Of a stretch of DNA of 64,000 bases, positions 1-9,498 are shown one piece after another. Both the position numbers and the translations under genes were made by a program. The DNA comes from an uncultured Gammaproteobacteria bacterium. Lineage in GTDB: Bacteria > Pseudomonadota > Gammaproteobacteria > JAKDMP01. Numbering within the stretch: position 1 is the stretch's first letter; each line of letters opens with the position of its first letter. The notes below the pieces were generated by a model. That model saw nothing but the letters and a program-made list of their open reading frames with translations. It was not told the DNA's origin and made no database searches. The stretch covers positions 63,280 to 127,279 of the forward strand of contig CAZPJI010000001.1 in the NCBI GenBank assembly GCA_964586925.1, given 5' to 3'.

Positions 1-2
1 CG

Positions 3-335
3 GCCGAGAATCTGGCCGAATTCGAAAAGCGCCGTACCGAACTCGAGGCTCAGTTTGGCGAGGAGCTTAAAAAGGCCGAAGCCCGCAAGGCCGAACTCGA
101 GGGCAAGCGCTTTGAAGTTCGTGCCCGTGCCGGCGAAGAAGGCAAGCTCTTTGGTTCGGTAGGCACCACCGATGTGGTCGATGCCCTCAAAGCCGCGGGT
201 ATCGAAGTCGAACGGCGCGAGGTCCGTATGCCCGATACGGGACCGATTCATGAGCTCGGCGAGTTCGAAATCGGCATCCACCTGCATTCCGATGTCGACA
301 CGACCGTAACGATCGCGGTCGTTGCCGAGGAATAA
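3..335 (+). CDS. rplI: 50S ribosomal protein L9, 3' end only (5' end outside window)
   Basis: Frame 3 translates to ...AENLAEFEKRRTELEAQFGEELKKAEARKAELEGKRFEVRARAGEEGKLFGSVGTTDVVDALKAAGIEVERREVRMPDTGPIHELGEFEIGIHLHSDVDTTVTIAVVAEE*, a typical L9 C-terminal domain. The stop is at 333-335. It lies directly upstream of dnaB, as in most proteobacteria. Confidence 0.85.
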   Translation, partial: AENLAEFEKRRTELEAQFGEELKKAEARKAELEGKRFEVRARAGEEGKLFGSVGTTDVVDALKAAGIEVERREVRMPDTGPIHELGEFEIGIHLHSDVDTTVTIAVVAEE

Positions 336-349
336 GGACCTCCGGTCCC

Positions 350-1741
350 GTGGCCAATCCGGCCGAGGGGACTGATCCGGCCGTTGCACGGCTGAAGGTG
401 CCGCCTCACTCGGTTGAGGCGGAGCGTGCCGTGCTGGGCGGCTTGATGCTCGACAATTCCAAGTGGGAAGAAATCGGCGACCGTCTCGAGGCCGCCGATT
501 TCTATCGCCGTGACCATCAACACATCTTCGCCGCAATAGCCGATCACGCCGACCGTGCGGCCCCCTTCGACGTGGTCACGGTCGGTGACTGGCTGAAGGC
601 ACGCGACGAGTTGGAAGAGGCGGGGGGGCTGGCCTATCTGATCAGCCTGTCCCAGGACATTCCCTCGGCTGCGAACGTCAAGGCCTATGGCGATATCGTG
701 GCGGAGCGGGCAATGCTGCGTGCCCTGGTTCGTGCAGGCGGTGATATCGCCGGCGCTGCCTTCACTACGGAAGGGCGCAGCCTGGTGGAGATCATCGACG
801 AGGCGGAACGACGCGTATTCGCGATCGCCGAGCGGGGCAATCGCCGAGGGCAGGGCTTCAAGCCGATCCGTTCCTTGCTTCGCGAAGCAGTTGATCGCCT
901 CGACCAGCTCCAGCACTCCAAGAGCCACATCACCGGCGTGCCCACGGGGCTCCAGGATTTCGATGAGCGTACGGCGGGACTGCAGCCGGGGGATCTAGTC
1001 ATCATCGCGGGCCGTCCATCGATGGGCAAGACGGCGCTGGCCATGAATATCGCCGAGCATGTCGCGGTCGGCGAAAAGCTCGCCACTGCGATCTTCAGCA
1101 TGGAAATGCCGGCGGTACAGCTCACCATGCGTATGCTGTCTTCGCTCGGGCGCATCGACCAGGGCCGACTTAGAACCGGCCACCTCGAAGAAGACGAATG
1201 GCCGCGTGTCACCTCCGTGATCGAGCTGATGGACGGCGCGCCACTGTATGTCGATGATTCTCCGGGACTGTCACCCACGGAACTGCGTACCCGCGCACGC
1301 CGCCTGAAGCGGGAACAACCGAACCTGTCATTGATCGTCATCGATTATCTGCAGCTCATGCAGGTGCCGGGCACGCGTGAAAATCGCGCGACCGAAATTT
1401 CCGAGATTTCGCGCGCACTCAAGGGACTCGCCAAGGAATTGAGTGTGCCCATAGTGGCGCTCTCCCAGCTCAACCGTAGCGTCGAGCAGCGCCCCAACAA
1501 GCGTCCCGTCATGAGTGACCTGCGTGAATCGGGCAGTATCGAACAGGATGCCGACGTGATCGTTATGCTGTACCGCGACGAGTACTACAACGAAAACAGC
1601 CCCGACAAGGGCCTGGCCGAAATTATCATTACCAAGCAGAGAAATGGCCCTACGGGCACTCTCAGGGCCGCTTTCCGCGAGCGTTACACGCGCTTCGAGA
1701 ACTACATTCCGGAGGCCGCGCTGCCGGAGAGCTTCGATTGA
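350..1741 (+). CDS. dnaB: Replicative DNA helicase DnaB
   Basis: The 463-aa protein has the DnaB N-terminal domain (SVEAERAVLGGLMLDN), a Walker A motif (GRPSMGKTALAMN) and the RecA-like C-terminal motifs (SQLNRSVEQR, IITKQRNGPTG). It shows rplI-dnaB-alr synteny. Confidence 0.95.
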   Translation: MANPAEGTDPAVARLKVPPHSVEAERAVLGGLMLDNSKWEEIGDRLEAADFYRRDHQHIFAAIADHADRAAPFDVVTVGDWLKARDELEEAGGLAYLISLSQDIPSAANVKAYGDIVAERAMLRALVRAGGDIAGAAFTTEGRSLVEIIDEAERRVFAIAERGNRRGQGFKPIRSLLREAVDRLDQLQHSKSHITGVPTGLQDFDERTAGLQPGDLVIIAGRPSMGKTALAMNIAEHVAVGEKLATAIFSMEMPAVQLTMRMLSSLGRIDQGRLRTGHLEEDEWPRVTSVIELMDGAPLYVDDSPGLSPTELRTRARRLKREQPNLSLIVIDYLQLMQVPGTRENRATEISEISRALKGLAKELSVPIVALSQLNRSVEQRPNKRPVMSDLRESGSIEQDADVIVMLYRDEYYNENSPDKGLAEIIITKQRNGPTGTLRAAFRERYTRFENYIPEAALPESFD

Positions 1742-2844
1742 CTCGTGTCACTGCGACGATCGACCAGGCAGCCTTGGCCCATAACCTGGAGCTCGCAAGG
1801 CGCCAGGCGGCTGGAAGCCGGGTCTATGCGGTGGTCAAGGCCGATGCCTACGGTCATGGCTTGACCAACCTGGGCCACGCGTTCGACGCTGCGGACGCCC
1901 TGGCCGTGGCCTGCCTCGATGAAGCCCTGGAAGTCCGCGAGATCATGCCGGAGCGCCGTGTGCTCATACTGGAAGGGGTGTTCAGCGGTGCAGAGCTCTC
2001 GCAGGCTCGCCAACAGCATTTCGAACTCGTGATCCACGCTCCCTGGCAGTTGCGGCTGCTGGAGAAAGAGGGCGTGGAGGGCATCGAGAGGGTCTGGATA
2101 AAGTTCGACACCGGGATGCACCGTCTGGGTTTTGCGGCAGAGATGGCCCTTGATGTTCATAAGCGTATTGCGGCACTGGGCATTGAGCAGCCCGGAATCA
2201 TGACGCATCTGGCCTGCGCCGACGAGCCTGAACGCGAGGACACGCAAGAGCAGCTGCAAGTTCTGGAAACGGTCCGCTCGGCCTATCCTGGAAGCCCGGT
2301 AAGCTGTGCCAACAGTGCAGGCGTGCTCCTGCATTCGTCGACTCATGGCGACTGGATACGTCCCGGCCTCATGCTTTACGGCGTTTCGCCGCTGCCGGAT
2401 AGTCATGGCAGTGAGCTTGGGCTGCGTCCTGCCATGACCCTGAGTGCCAAGCTCATGGCCATTCAGGACGTGGCGGCGGGAGAGCGGGTCGGCTACGGCG
2501 CGACGTGGAAAGCCGAGAAAGATTGCCGCATCGGCATTGTGAGCATCGGCTACGGAGACGGCTATCCCTGGCGGGAGCAAGGCGTGGGCCATGTGGTTAT
2601 CCGTGGCCGGCAACTACCTCTGGCTGGCCGCATCTCCATGGACATGCTGGGCGTCGACCTGACCCAACTGCCGGAGGCCAAAGTAGGCGACGAAGTCGTG
2701 CTCTGGGGGCCGGAATTACCGGTGGAACAGGTCGCTCGCGCCGTGGGCACCAGCCCCTACGAACTAGTGTGCCGGGTCTCTCGGCGCGTGCCCCGCCGCA
2801 GCATCGAACTGGAAATGCCACACTCTGCCGAGGCATCCGCCTGA
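1738..2844 (+). CDS. alr: Alanine racemase
   Basis: The 368-aa protein carries the PLP-lysine motif AVVKADAYGHG near its N-terminus and the Alr C-terminal beta domain. It overlaps the dnaB stop. Confidence 0.9.
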   Translation: MTRVTATIDQAALAHNLELARRQAAGSRVYAVVKADAYGHGLTNLGHAFDAADALAVACLDEALEVREIMPERRVLILEGVFSGAELSQARQQHFELVIHAPWQLRLLEKEGVEGIERVWIKFDTGMHRLGFAAEMALDVHKRIAALGIEQPGIMTHLACADEPEREDTQEQLQVLETVRSAYPGSPVSCANSAGVLLHSSTHGDWIRPGLMLYGVSPLPDSHGSELGLRPAMTLSAKLMAIQDVAAGERVGYGATWKAEKDCRIGIVSIGYGDGYPWREQGVGHVVIRGRQLPLAGRISMDMLGVDLTQLPEAKVGDEVVLWGPELPVEQVARAVGTSPYELVCRVSRRVPRRSIELEMPHSAEASA

Positions 2845-4212
2845 ATGGCGAAGCAGCGGACTTACTATGTCTGTGAAGCCTGCGGCGCGCAGGCGCCGCG
2901 CTGGAGTGGCCAGTGCGCCGATTGCGGCGCCTGGAACACCTTGACGGAAACCCGGCCGGTGGTGGCGCGCCCGGGTGCCAGGGCAACACCCAAGACCGGC
3001 TACGCCGGCGACGTCAGCACGGCTCGGCTCGACGAAGTTCGCGCCGAAGGCGAGACGGCAAGGACGGCCACGGGACTGGATGAATTCGACCGGGTGCTCG
3101 GCGGCGGACTGGTAGCGGGCTCGGTATCGCTCATCGGTGGCGATCCCGGAATCGGTAAATCGACCCTGCTACTGCAGGTCATGGCAGCACTGGCCGAACA
3201 GCAGACCGTTCTTTACGTCACCGGCGAAGAATCCTTGACCCAGGTGGCGCTGCGTGCCGAGCGGCTGGGGCTGGAAAACAGCCACATCAACCTGGCTGCA
3301 GAGACCCGCGTCGAGGCGGTGCTCGAGCTGGTGGCACGAGACCGTCCCGCTGTGCTGGTGCTCGACTCCATTCAGACGATCTACACTGAATCGTTGTCTT
3401 CGGCGCCTGGCTCGGTGTCGCAATTGCGTGAAAGCACGGCGCTGCTGGTGCGCCACGCCAAGCAGATTGGCACCACGGTGCTGCTGGTAGGGCATGTGAC
3501 AAAGCAGGGGGCTATTGCGGGCCCGCGCGTGCTGGAACACATGGTCGACACCGTGCTGTATTTCGAGAACGACGCCGGCAGCCGCTATCGGGCCATCCGC
3601 GCCGTCAAGAATCGTTTTGGCGCGGCCAACGAACTCGGCGTATTCGCCATGACCGAGCACGGGCTCAAGGAAGTACGCAACCCGTCGGCGATTTTCCTGG
3701 CCCGCGATACCCAGCCCAGCGCCGGCAGCGTTGTATCCGTGCTCCGCGAGGGCACGCGCCCCTTGCTGATCGAAGTCCAGGCCCTGGTGGACGAAAGCCC
3801 GTTGTCCAACCCGCGGCGGGTGGCGGTAGGCTGCGATCCCAACCGCCTGGGCATGCTGCTGGCCGTCCTGCACCGGCATGGTGGCAGGGCATTGTACGGG
3901 CACGATGTATTCATCAATGTGGTCGGCGGCCTGAAAGTGGCCGAAACCGGTCTCGACCTAGCCTTGGCCCTCGCGCTGGCGTCGAGCCTCGCCGACAGGC
4001 CGCTACCCGAGGATCTCGTCGTTTTTGGCGAGATCGGGTTAGGGGGAGAAGTGCGGCCCGTATACGGCGGCGAGGAGCGTTTGGCGGAAGCGGCCAAGCA
4101 AGGCTTCAAGCAGGCCATCGTGCCCAATGCCAACCTGCCGCGTGGCCGCAAAATCCAAGGTTTGGACCTGAAGCCGGTGCGTACGCTCTACGAGGCGCTC
4201 GCCACCGTCTGA
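2845..4212 (+). CDS. radA: DNA repair protein RadA/Sms
   Basis: The protein has an N-terminal C4 zinc finger (CEACGAQAPRWSGQCADCGAWNT), a Walker A motif (GGDPGIGKSTLLLQ), the KNRFG motif and a Lon-protease-like C-terminal domain. It is 455 aa. Confidence 0.93.
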   Translation: MAKQRTYYVCEACGAQAPRWSGQCADCGAWNTLTETRPVVARPGARATPKTGYAGDVSTARLDEVRAEGETARTATGLDEFDRVLGGGLVAGSVSLIGGDPGIGKSTLLLQVMAALAEQQTVLYVTGEESLTQVALRAERLGLENSHINLAAETRVEAVLELVARDRPAVLVLDSIQTIYTESLSSAPGSVSQLRESTALLVRHAKQIGTTVLLVGHVTKQGAIAGPRVLEHMVDTVLYFENDAGSRYRAIRAVKNRFGAANELGVFAMTEHGLKEVRNPSAIFLARDTQPSAGSVVSVLREGTRPLLIEVQALVDESPLSNPRRVAVGCDPNRLGMLLAVLHRHGGRALYGHDVFINVVGGLKVAETGLDLALALALASSLADRPLPEDLVVFGEIGLGGEVRPVYGGEERLAEAAKQGFKQAIVPNANLPRGRKIQGLDLKPVRTLYEALATV

Positions 4213-4213
4213 G

Positions 4214-4615
4214 TCAGGCCTCGTTACCCTGCGGAATGGGAGCGGGGCGCCTGTCCTTGCCGACGTGTACGTACGTCAGCGTAGCGGTCGCCACCCGGCG
4301 GATATCTTCGCCGCCCCAGTCGCTTTCCGCAAACATGGTTACGTCCACGGCGCAGGAGGTCCGACCCACGCGGCGTATGTCGGTGTAGAAGCTCACCAGG
4401 TCGCCGACAACCACGGGCTTGATGAACACAAATCCATCCACGGCTACGGTGACGACGCGACCACCCGCGCGGCGATAGGCGAGGATCGCCCCGGCGATAT
4501 CCGCGTTGGACATCAGCCAGCCACCGAAGATATCCCCCAGGGCGTTGGTGTCACGCGGCATGGCCACGGTGGACACGGATGCGTGACGATCATTCGGCGG
4601 TGTCTCAAAATGCAT
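4214..4615 (-). CDS. Acyl-CoA thioester hydrolase, hotdog fold (YciA-like)
   Basis: The 133-aa protein resembles the 4HBT/YciA thioesterase family (NALGDIFGGWLMSNADIAGAI...DGFVFIKPVVVGDLVSFY). It is convergent with radA and lies in an apparent operon with the fadB-like gene. Confidence 0.7.
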   Translation of the reverse strand: MHFETPPNDRHASVSTVAMPRDTNALGDIFGGWLMSNADIAGAILAYRRAGGRVVTVAVDGFVFIKPVVVGDLVSFYTDIRRVGRTSCAVDVTMFAESDWGGEDIRRVATATLTYVHVGKDRRPAPIPQGNEA

Positions 4616-4652
4616 TAGATAGTCCTTATAACCACATGAAATATTGAGTTAT

Positions 4653-6707
4653 TCAAAGAGTGTTCCAGCCGTCATCGGGCGTATACAGCGGTCCGTGCTG
4701 TTTCGCCAGCTCGGTCAATTTTGCTTTGACGTTTGCTGCACCGGTATGGCGTGCATAGTGCAGGGGGCCGCCACGGAAAGGCGCGAATCCTGTGCCGAAG
4801 ATGACCCCGGCATCGATGAGATCGGCCTCGGCCACAACGCCTTCACGCAGGCACCGGACGGCTTCGTTCAACATGGGCAGGATGAGTCGGTCTTGTAATG
4901 TCTGGTCGGCAACCCCGGCCCGGCTTTGCTGTTTCCGGGCCTTGCCGTTTTCCCAGGTATAGAGGCCCTGGCCGCTCTTGCGTCCAACGTGGCCCTGGTC
5001 GACCATTTGGCGGGTCTTGTCGGGCGGGCTCACCTTGATCACGTCTTTCAGTTCTTCCGCTACGGCAAGGGCGATGTCCAGACCTACGGTGTCGGCCAAC
5101 TCGGCCGGCCCCATGGGCATGCCAAAGTCCTCGGCAGCCTGGTCGATGGCCTCGAGCGCGATACCGTCGTTCCAGGCCATCAGTGCACCCATCATGTAAG
5201 GCGCCAGGATGCGGTTGACGAGAAATCCCGGGCCGCTACTGACCGGTACGGGCAGCTTGCCCATGGCACGCACTGCGGCGAGTGCGCGCTCCCTGGTTTC
5301 TTCTCCCGTATGCTCGGACGACACCACTTCCACCAGCGGCATGCGCGTTACGGGATTGAAGAAATGAAGGCCAACCAGGCGTGACGGCGACTGCAGGCTG
5401 GTGGCCAGGGTTTCGAGCGGGATGCTCGAGGTGTTGGTGGCCAAAAGAGCCTGTTCGGTCAGCTTTGGTTCGATGGACTTGAGCAGCGACTGTTTGGCCT
5501 CCCGGTTCTCGATGATCGCTTCGATCACGAGTTCGGCGTCGGGCAATGATTTGCCCTCGAGATCCATGTGCAAGCGGGCCACGGCATCTTTTACTTTTTC
5601 CGGGGTCTTGAGTTTCTTTTCAAAGAATTTGCGGGCTCGCCCGAAGGCCTTTTCAACATACTTCGCTTCCTGGTCCTGGACGCTGACTTCCATCCCTCGG
5701 GACGCGCACCAGGCTGCGATATCCCCGCCCATGGTGCCCGCACCGATGACATGCAGTCGGCGCGGCTTGAAGCGGGCCTTGCGGCCCAGTCCCTTGAGCC
5801 GGTCCTGCAGGAAAAAGACCCGGACCAGATTGCGCGCGGTATCTCCGCACATCAAGTCGGCGATGGAGCGCGCCTCGAGTTCGTAACTCCGGGGGCGGTC
5901 CGCCCCGCCATGGCGCTGCCAGAGGCGCACCATGGCGTAGGGTGCGGGATAGTGCTCTGCGCGGACTTTGGCCTGGAGTTGGCGCCGGAGCATGATGGCA
6001 ACCAGGGGGCGTAGCGGGGCCAACGAAAGCAGCTTCTGCAGCAGGGGGGCTTTGCGCGGTGTCGGGGCCGACAACGCGAGATTGCAGGCGCGTTCCCGCA
6101 ATTCGTCCGGTGAAGCGAGGCGGTCGACCAGACCGCTGGCCAGTGCCGGCTTTGCCCGCATCGACTTGCCGGTCAGCATCAGTTGCATCGCAGGCAATAC
6201 GCCCATCACGGCAACACTGCGCACCGTGCCGCCGAAGCCGGGATGGATACCCAGTTTCACTTCGGGCAAACCTAATTGCGTGCTCCCAGCTTCGCTGGCA
6301 ACGCGGTACCGACAGGCGAGTGCCAGTTCCAGGCCGCCGCCGAGGGCAAATCCATGGATCATGGCCACCGTGGGGCAGGGCAGAGCCGCCAGGCGTTCCA
6401 GAACCTGCTGTCCGCCGCGGATCAGCTCATAGGCCTGGTCCGGCGTCTCCAGGGCGGTGAATTCCTTGATGTCGGCGCCGGCCACAAAGCCCTTTTCTTT
6501 GCGGGAGAACATGATCAGAGCCTGCGGCATGTCCTGTTCGATCTCGTCAAGCACGCGTCCCAACTCCTGCATCACCTCGGAACCCAGCGTGTTGGTCGAA
6601 GCTTCGGCCTGATCCAGCCCCAGCCACGCGATGCCTTTTTCGTCGCGTGTGAGTTGCCAATGCTTGTAATCGGTCTCAGCCATCGTGTTCATTAATGTCA
6701 TCCTCAT
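4653..6707 (-). CDS. Multifunctional fatty-acid oxidation enzyme (enoyl-CoA hydratase plus 3-hydroxyacyl-CoA dehydrogenase), FadB/FadJ type
   Basis: The N-terminal part is a crotonase-fold hydratase (KGFVAGADIKEF). The C-terminal part has an NAD-binding Rossmann motif (HVIGAGTMGGDIAAW) typical of 3-hydroxyacyl-CoA dehydrogenase. The ORF is 684 aa but the start is more likely the third Met (MAETDYK, about 6683). Confidence 0.85.
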   Translation of the reverse strand: MRMTLMNTMAETDYKHWQLTRDEKGIAWLGLDQAEASTNTLGSEVMQELGRVLDEIEQDMPQALIMFSRKEKGFVAGADIKEFTALETPDQAYELIRGGQQVLERLAALPCPTVAMIHGFALGGGLELALACRYRVASEAGSTQLGLPEVKLGIHPGFGGTVRSVAVMGVLPAMQLMLTGKSMRAKPALASGLVDRLASPDELRERACNLALSAPTPRKAPLLQKLLSLAPLRPLVAIMLRRQLQAKVRAEHYPAPYAMVRLWQRHGGADRPRSYELEARSIADLMCGDTARNLVRVFFLQDRLKGLGRKARFKPRRLHVIGAGTMGGDIAAWCASRGMEVSVQDQEAKYVEKAFGRARKFFEKKLKTPEKVKDAVARLHMDLEGKSLPDAELVIEAIIENREAKQSLLKSIEPKLTEQALLATNTSSIPLETLATSLQSPSRLVGLHFFNPVTRMPLVEVVSSEHTGEETRERALAAVRAMGKLPVPVSSGPGFLVNRILAPYMMGALMAWNDGIALEAIDQAAEDFGMPMGPAELADTVGLDIALAVAEELKDVIKVSPPDKTRQMVDQGHVGRKSGQGLYTWENGKARKQQSRAGVADQTLQDRLILPMLNEAVRCLREGVVAEADLIDAGVIFGTGFAPFRGGPLHYARHTGAANVKAKLTELAKQHGPLYTPDDGWNTL

Positions 6708-7347
6708 GATGCAGATGCAAAAGTTGTCGCAGACGGGTCCTCAGGCTGCGGTGGGTGAGTGCGCGACCGGGCGGCATTTGTAGCAATCGTAACCGTATTG
6801 CAGCATTCAATCCCCGAATCGCTGCGTCGCGATTGTTCTCTACTACGTGGACAGGCAGACCGGCAATCCGTTCCAAATCCCGCCCGATACTGCTCATGCG
6901 CATCTCAGCAGCCCTGAAATAGACGTCATACCAGTCGCCGCGTGCGCGATCCCCGTAATAAAGGCCCGTCCAGGTACGCAGCAGATCCATGCGCAGCTTC
7001 TCGGCTGCGAGTTGTCGTTCCTGGTTTTGATCGAGCTGCCGGAACTCCGGCAGCCGTTCGGAGACCTGTTCACGCGTGTGCGGATCCAAGGCGGATAGCG
7101 CACGGCGCAAACAGATCCGTTCCATACTGTTCATGAGTTCAGTGCGGCAGCCCAGGCGCCCCTGTTCGGCGTCCCTTTTGACCCATACGCCGATGTGATT
7201 CAGCACGTCTTCACGCACCATTTCGAGTGCCCCGGGGTCGAGCGGGCGGCGTGCGGTCTTGCATCTGCACCAGGCGCGATCGAAGTCTTTTCGCCAGCTA
7301 CCCGGCCGTTGCCGTCCACGGAAGAAATTGGGCATCTTGGGACGCAA
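6676..7347 (-). CDS. Hypothetical protein, no domain recognised
   Basis: This 223-aa ORF is the only long frame in this interval. Its 3' end abuts or overlaps the fadB-like start, suggesting co-transcription. An AT-rich putative promoter region lies upstream at 7348-7460. Confidence 0.45.
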   Translation of the reverse strand: MRPKMPNFFRGRQRPGSWRKDFDRAWCRCKTARRPLDPGALEMVREDVLNHIGVWVKRDAEQGRLGCRTELMNSMERICLRRALSALDPHTREQVSERLPEFRQLDQNQERQLAAEKLRMDLLRTWTGLYYGDRARGDWYDVYFRAAEMRMSSIGRDLERIAGLPVHVVENNRDAAIRGLNAAIRLRLLQMPPGRALTHRSLRTRLRQLLHLHHEDDINEHDG

Positions 7348-7460
7348 ATTCTCAGGGCGTGGCGGGATGCTAACATCCAGTTAGCAACTCCCGCCTGTTT
7401 CCTTCTGTTAAATTACTTTAAGATATGTATTTAACTAATTAATAAATATCACTAATCAGC

Positions 7461-8027
7461 CTATTTTCCGATGCGAAATATCCTTGCGATAACGTGATCT
7501 CCCCGGGCCTCGTGGATGGTGGCGAGCAGCACGTGTCCGCACCAGTAGACGATGAGGAACCAGGCGAACGTCGTATGCAGGTCTTCGATGGTCTCACCGA
7601 GTTCGCTGCGCGACATATGCAGTTTGATGAGGATGAACAAGGTAGTGCCCAGTGCTGCTACCGCGGTGAGCGCAAGCAGTCCGAGCCCGTGAACCAGGCC
7701 CGCCAGGCTCGACCCCGAAGGGCCCGATTGCGGAAGTTTCCCGCCTATGGCAGCACGGGCGTCGGTCACGGCTTGGCCGAGACGCCGGGGGGACCAGGGA
7801 AACAGGTGATGCAGGAGCGGGCGCTCGCGGGTCAGAATCCAGAACCAATGCCAAAGCACCAGTGCGGAAATGGTAAGGCCCAGGTAGAAATGCGTCCAAA
7901 CCAGATTCGGTGTGTGGCGGTCCATGGTCAGTCCGATGATGATCTGGACCGTCACCAGCAGGGCGACGGTCAAATGCAGACGACGTATGGACTGGCTCCA
8001 GCGGGCCGGTATTTGTTCGTTCATCAA
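7461..8027 (-). CDS. Cytochrome b561 family membrane protein (CybB-like)
   Basis: The 188-aa protein has four predicted TM helices with conserved His pairs (WTHFYLG, LHTTFAWFLIVYWCGH). Its size and topology fit the di-haem b561 family. Confidence 0.65.
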   Translation of the reverse strand: MMNEQIPARWSQSIRRLHLTVALLVTVQIIIGLTMDRHTPNLVWTHFYLGLTISALVLWHWFWILTRERPLLHHLFPWSPRRLGQAVTDARAAIGGKLPQSGPSGSSLAGLVHGLGLLALTAVAALGTTLFILIKLHMSRSELGETIEDLHTTFAWFLIVYWCGHVLLATIHEARGDHVIARIFRIGK

Positions 8028-8073
8028 GTCGTTCTCGGCGTAGGGCGGAGCCCTTAGTGTACTGGCAGGCGCG

Positions 8074-9420
8074 ATGCAAGTGAATTACCTTCCGGTAATG
8101 GCCCGAATCGTAGAAAGCACGTTGCATCCTGTACCATTGGGGTGTTTTCCGAACGGAGTGCCCATGGCGGAAAACCTGCAACGCATTTCGGCGAAGGTGC
8201 TGATACCCGGATCGGGTGATCCCATTCACAATGCCACCGCAATCATTCGGGACGGCGTGATCGACTGGGTCGGGCCTGCTTCCAAGGCGCCCGCGACCAA
8301 CGACAATACCTGCAGCTTCGAAGTCCCCGTGCTCATGCCGGGTATGTGGGATTGCCATGTCCATCTCACCGGACTGCGCGGCACCAATCTCGACCTCGCC
8401 ATGCAAGTACCGGTACCGGTGGCGGCCGCACGGGCCGCTGACGATGCGGCACGCGCACTGGATGCGGGCTTTACCACCGTGAGGGAAGTCGGTGGCTACG
8501 GCGTCTACCTGTCCCGGGTCATTGCCGAGGGCCAGGCACGCGGGCCCCATGTTTACGCGGCCGGCGATCTAATTTCCCCGACCGGCGGGCATGCCGACCT
8601 GCACAGTTATTCCATCGGCTGCGTGGCCGACTATGCCGCGCGTGACGGCTGGCTGCACACCTGTGACGGGGAAGCTGAGTGCCTGCGGGCCGTGCGCCTG
8701 CAACTGCGCAAGGGCGCGAAACTGATCAAGATTTGTGCTTCGGGCGGTGTGCTGACCGAATACGACGACCCGATGCACCAGCAGTTCACCGATCATGAAC
8801 TGCGCGTCATAGTTGAAGAAGCCGCGCGGGCCGAGCGCATCGTCGCGGCGCACTGCCACGGCAAGGCGGGAATCATGGCCGCACTCAAGGCGGGCGTGCG
8901 CACCGTCGAGCACGGCACTTTCCTGGACGAGGAAGCCGCTGAGGCGATGAAAGAGTGCGGCGCAGTCCTCGTCGCGACACGTTTCGTGAAAGTGCGTATG
9001 CACGAACACGGACAGCGCAACGGTATGGCCGGGTATGCCTGGAAAAAGCTGCTCGAAACCGCGGACCGGCATCGCGAAGCGATCGCCCTGGCGATCCGTT
9101 CAGGCGTGACCGTGGCCTGTGGCACGGACACGCTGACGTCGGGCCCGGATTCGGCCCTGGCTTGGGGTTTGCACGGCCTGGAACCCGTACTGCTGGTCGA
9201 GGCGGGCATGACGCCGCTGCAGGCGATCGAGGCTGCTACCGCGACCGGACCGTTGACCCTGGGTCCCCAGGCGCCCAAGGCGGGACGCCTGGAAGTCGGT
9301 TGGGATGCCGATCTGTGTGCGCTCTCACGCAACCCCCTCGATGACATCGAAGTCTTGTCCAAACCCGTCAATGTGACCCACGTCTGGAAATCAGGACGGC
9401 TGGAAAAACAGCCGCATTGA
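8074..9420 (+). CDS. Metal-dependent amidohydrolase family protein
   Basis: It has the HxH metal-binding motif (MWDCHVHL), GGHADLHS, the His pair AAHCHGKAG and VACGTDT, typical of the amidohydrolase superfamily. The likely start is the internal Met at about 8164 (MAENLQRISAKVLIPGSG). Confidence 0.75.
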   Translation: MQVNYLPVMARIVESTLHPVPLGCFPNGVPMAENLQRISAKVLIPGSGDPIHNATAIIRDGVIDWVGPASKAPATNDNTCSFEVPVLMPGMWDCHVHLTGLRGTNLDLAMQVPVPVAAARAADDAARALDAGFTTVREVGGYGVYLSRVIAEGQARGPHVYAAGDLISPTGGHADLHSYSIGCVADYAARDGWLHTCDGEAECLRAVRLQLRKGAKLIKICASGGVLTEYDDPMHQQFTDHELRVIVEEAARAERIVAAHCHGKAGIMAALKAGVRTVEHGTFLDEEAAEAMKECGAVLVATRFVKVRMHEHGQRNGMAGYAWKKLLETADRHREAIALAIRSGVTVACGTDTLTSGPDSALAWGLHGLEPVLLVEAGMTPLQAIEAATATGPLTLGPQAPKAGRLEVGWDADLCALSRNPLDDIEVLSKPVNVTHVWKSGRLEKQPH

Positions 9421-9498
9421 CGGACGCCGGCAGCCGTGTCCCGGACAGGGAGACGGCTGCCATGACCGCTATTTCGAGTTCGCAACCGAGGAGCGCTA

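Noticed and set aside
248-1341. Long antisense ORFs (248-928, 685-1341, and many similar ones throughout, for example 3169-3903, 12162-12680, 25540-26904, 45392-46423, 47652-48491, 49313-50587)
   Set aside because: They lie entirely opposite strongly supported genes (dnaB, radA, M24 hydrolase, glgB, hypF, hypX, hypD). Their translations are low-complexity, Arg/Ala/Gly-rich, which is typical of spurious frames in high-GC DNA.
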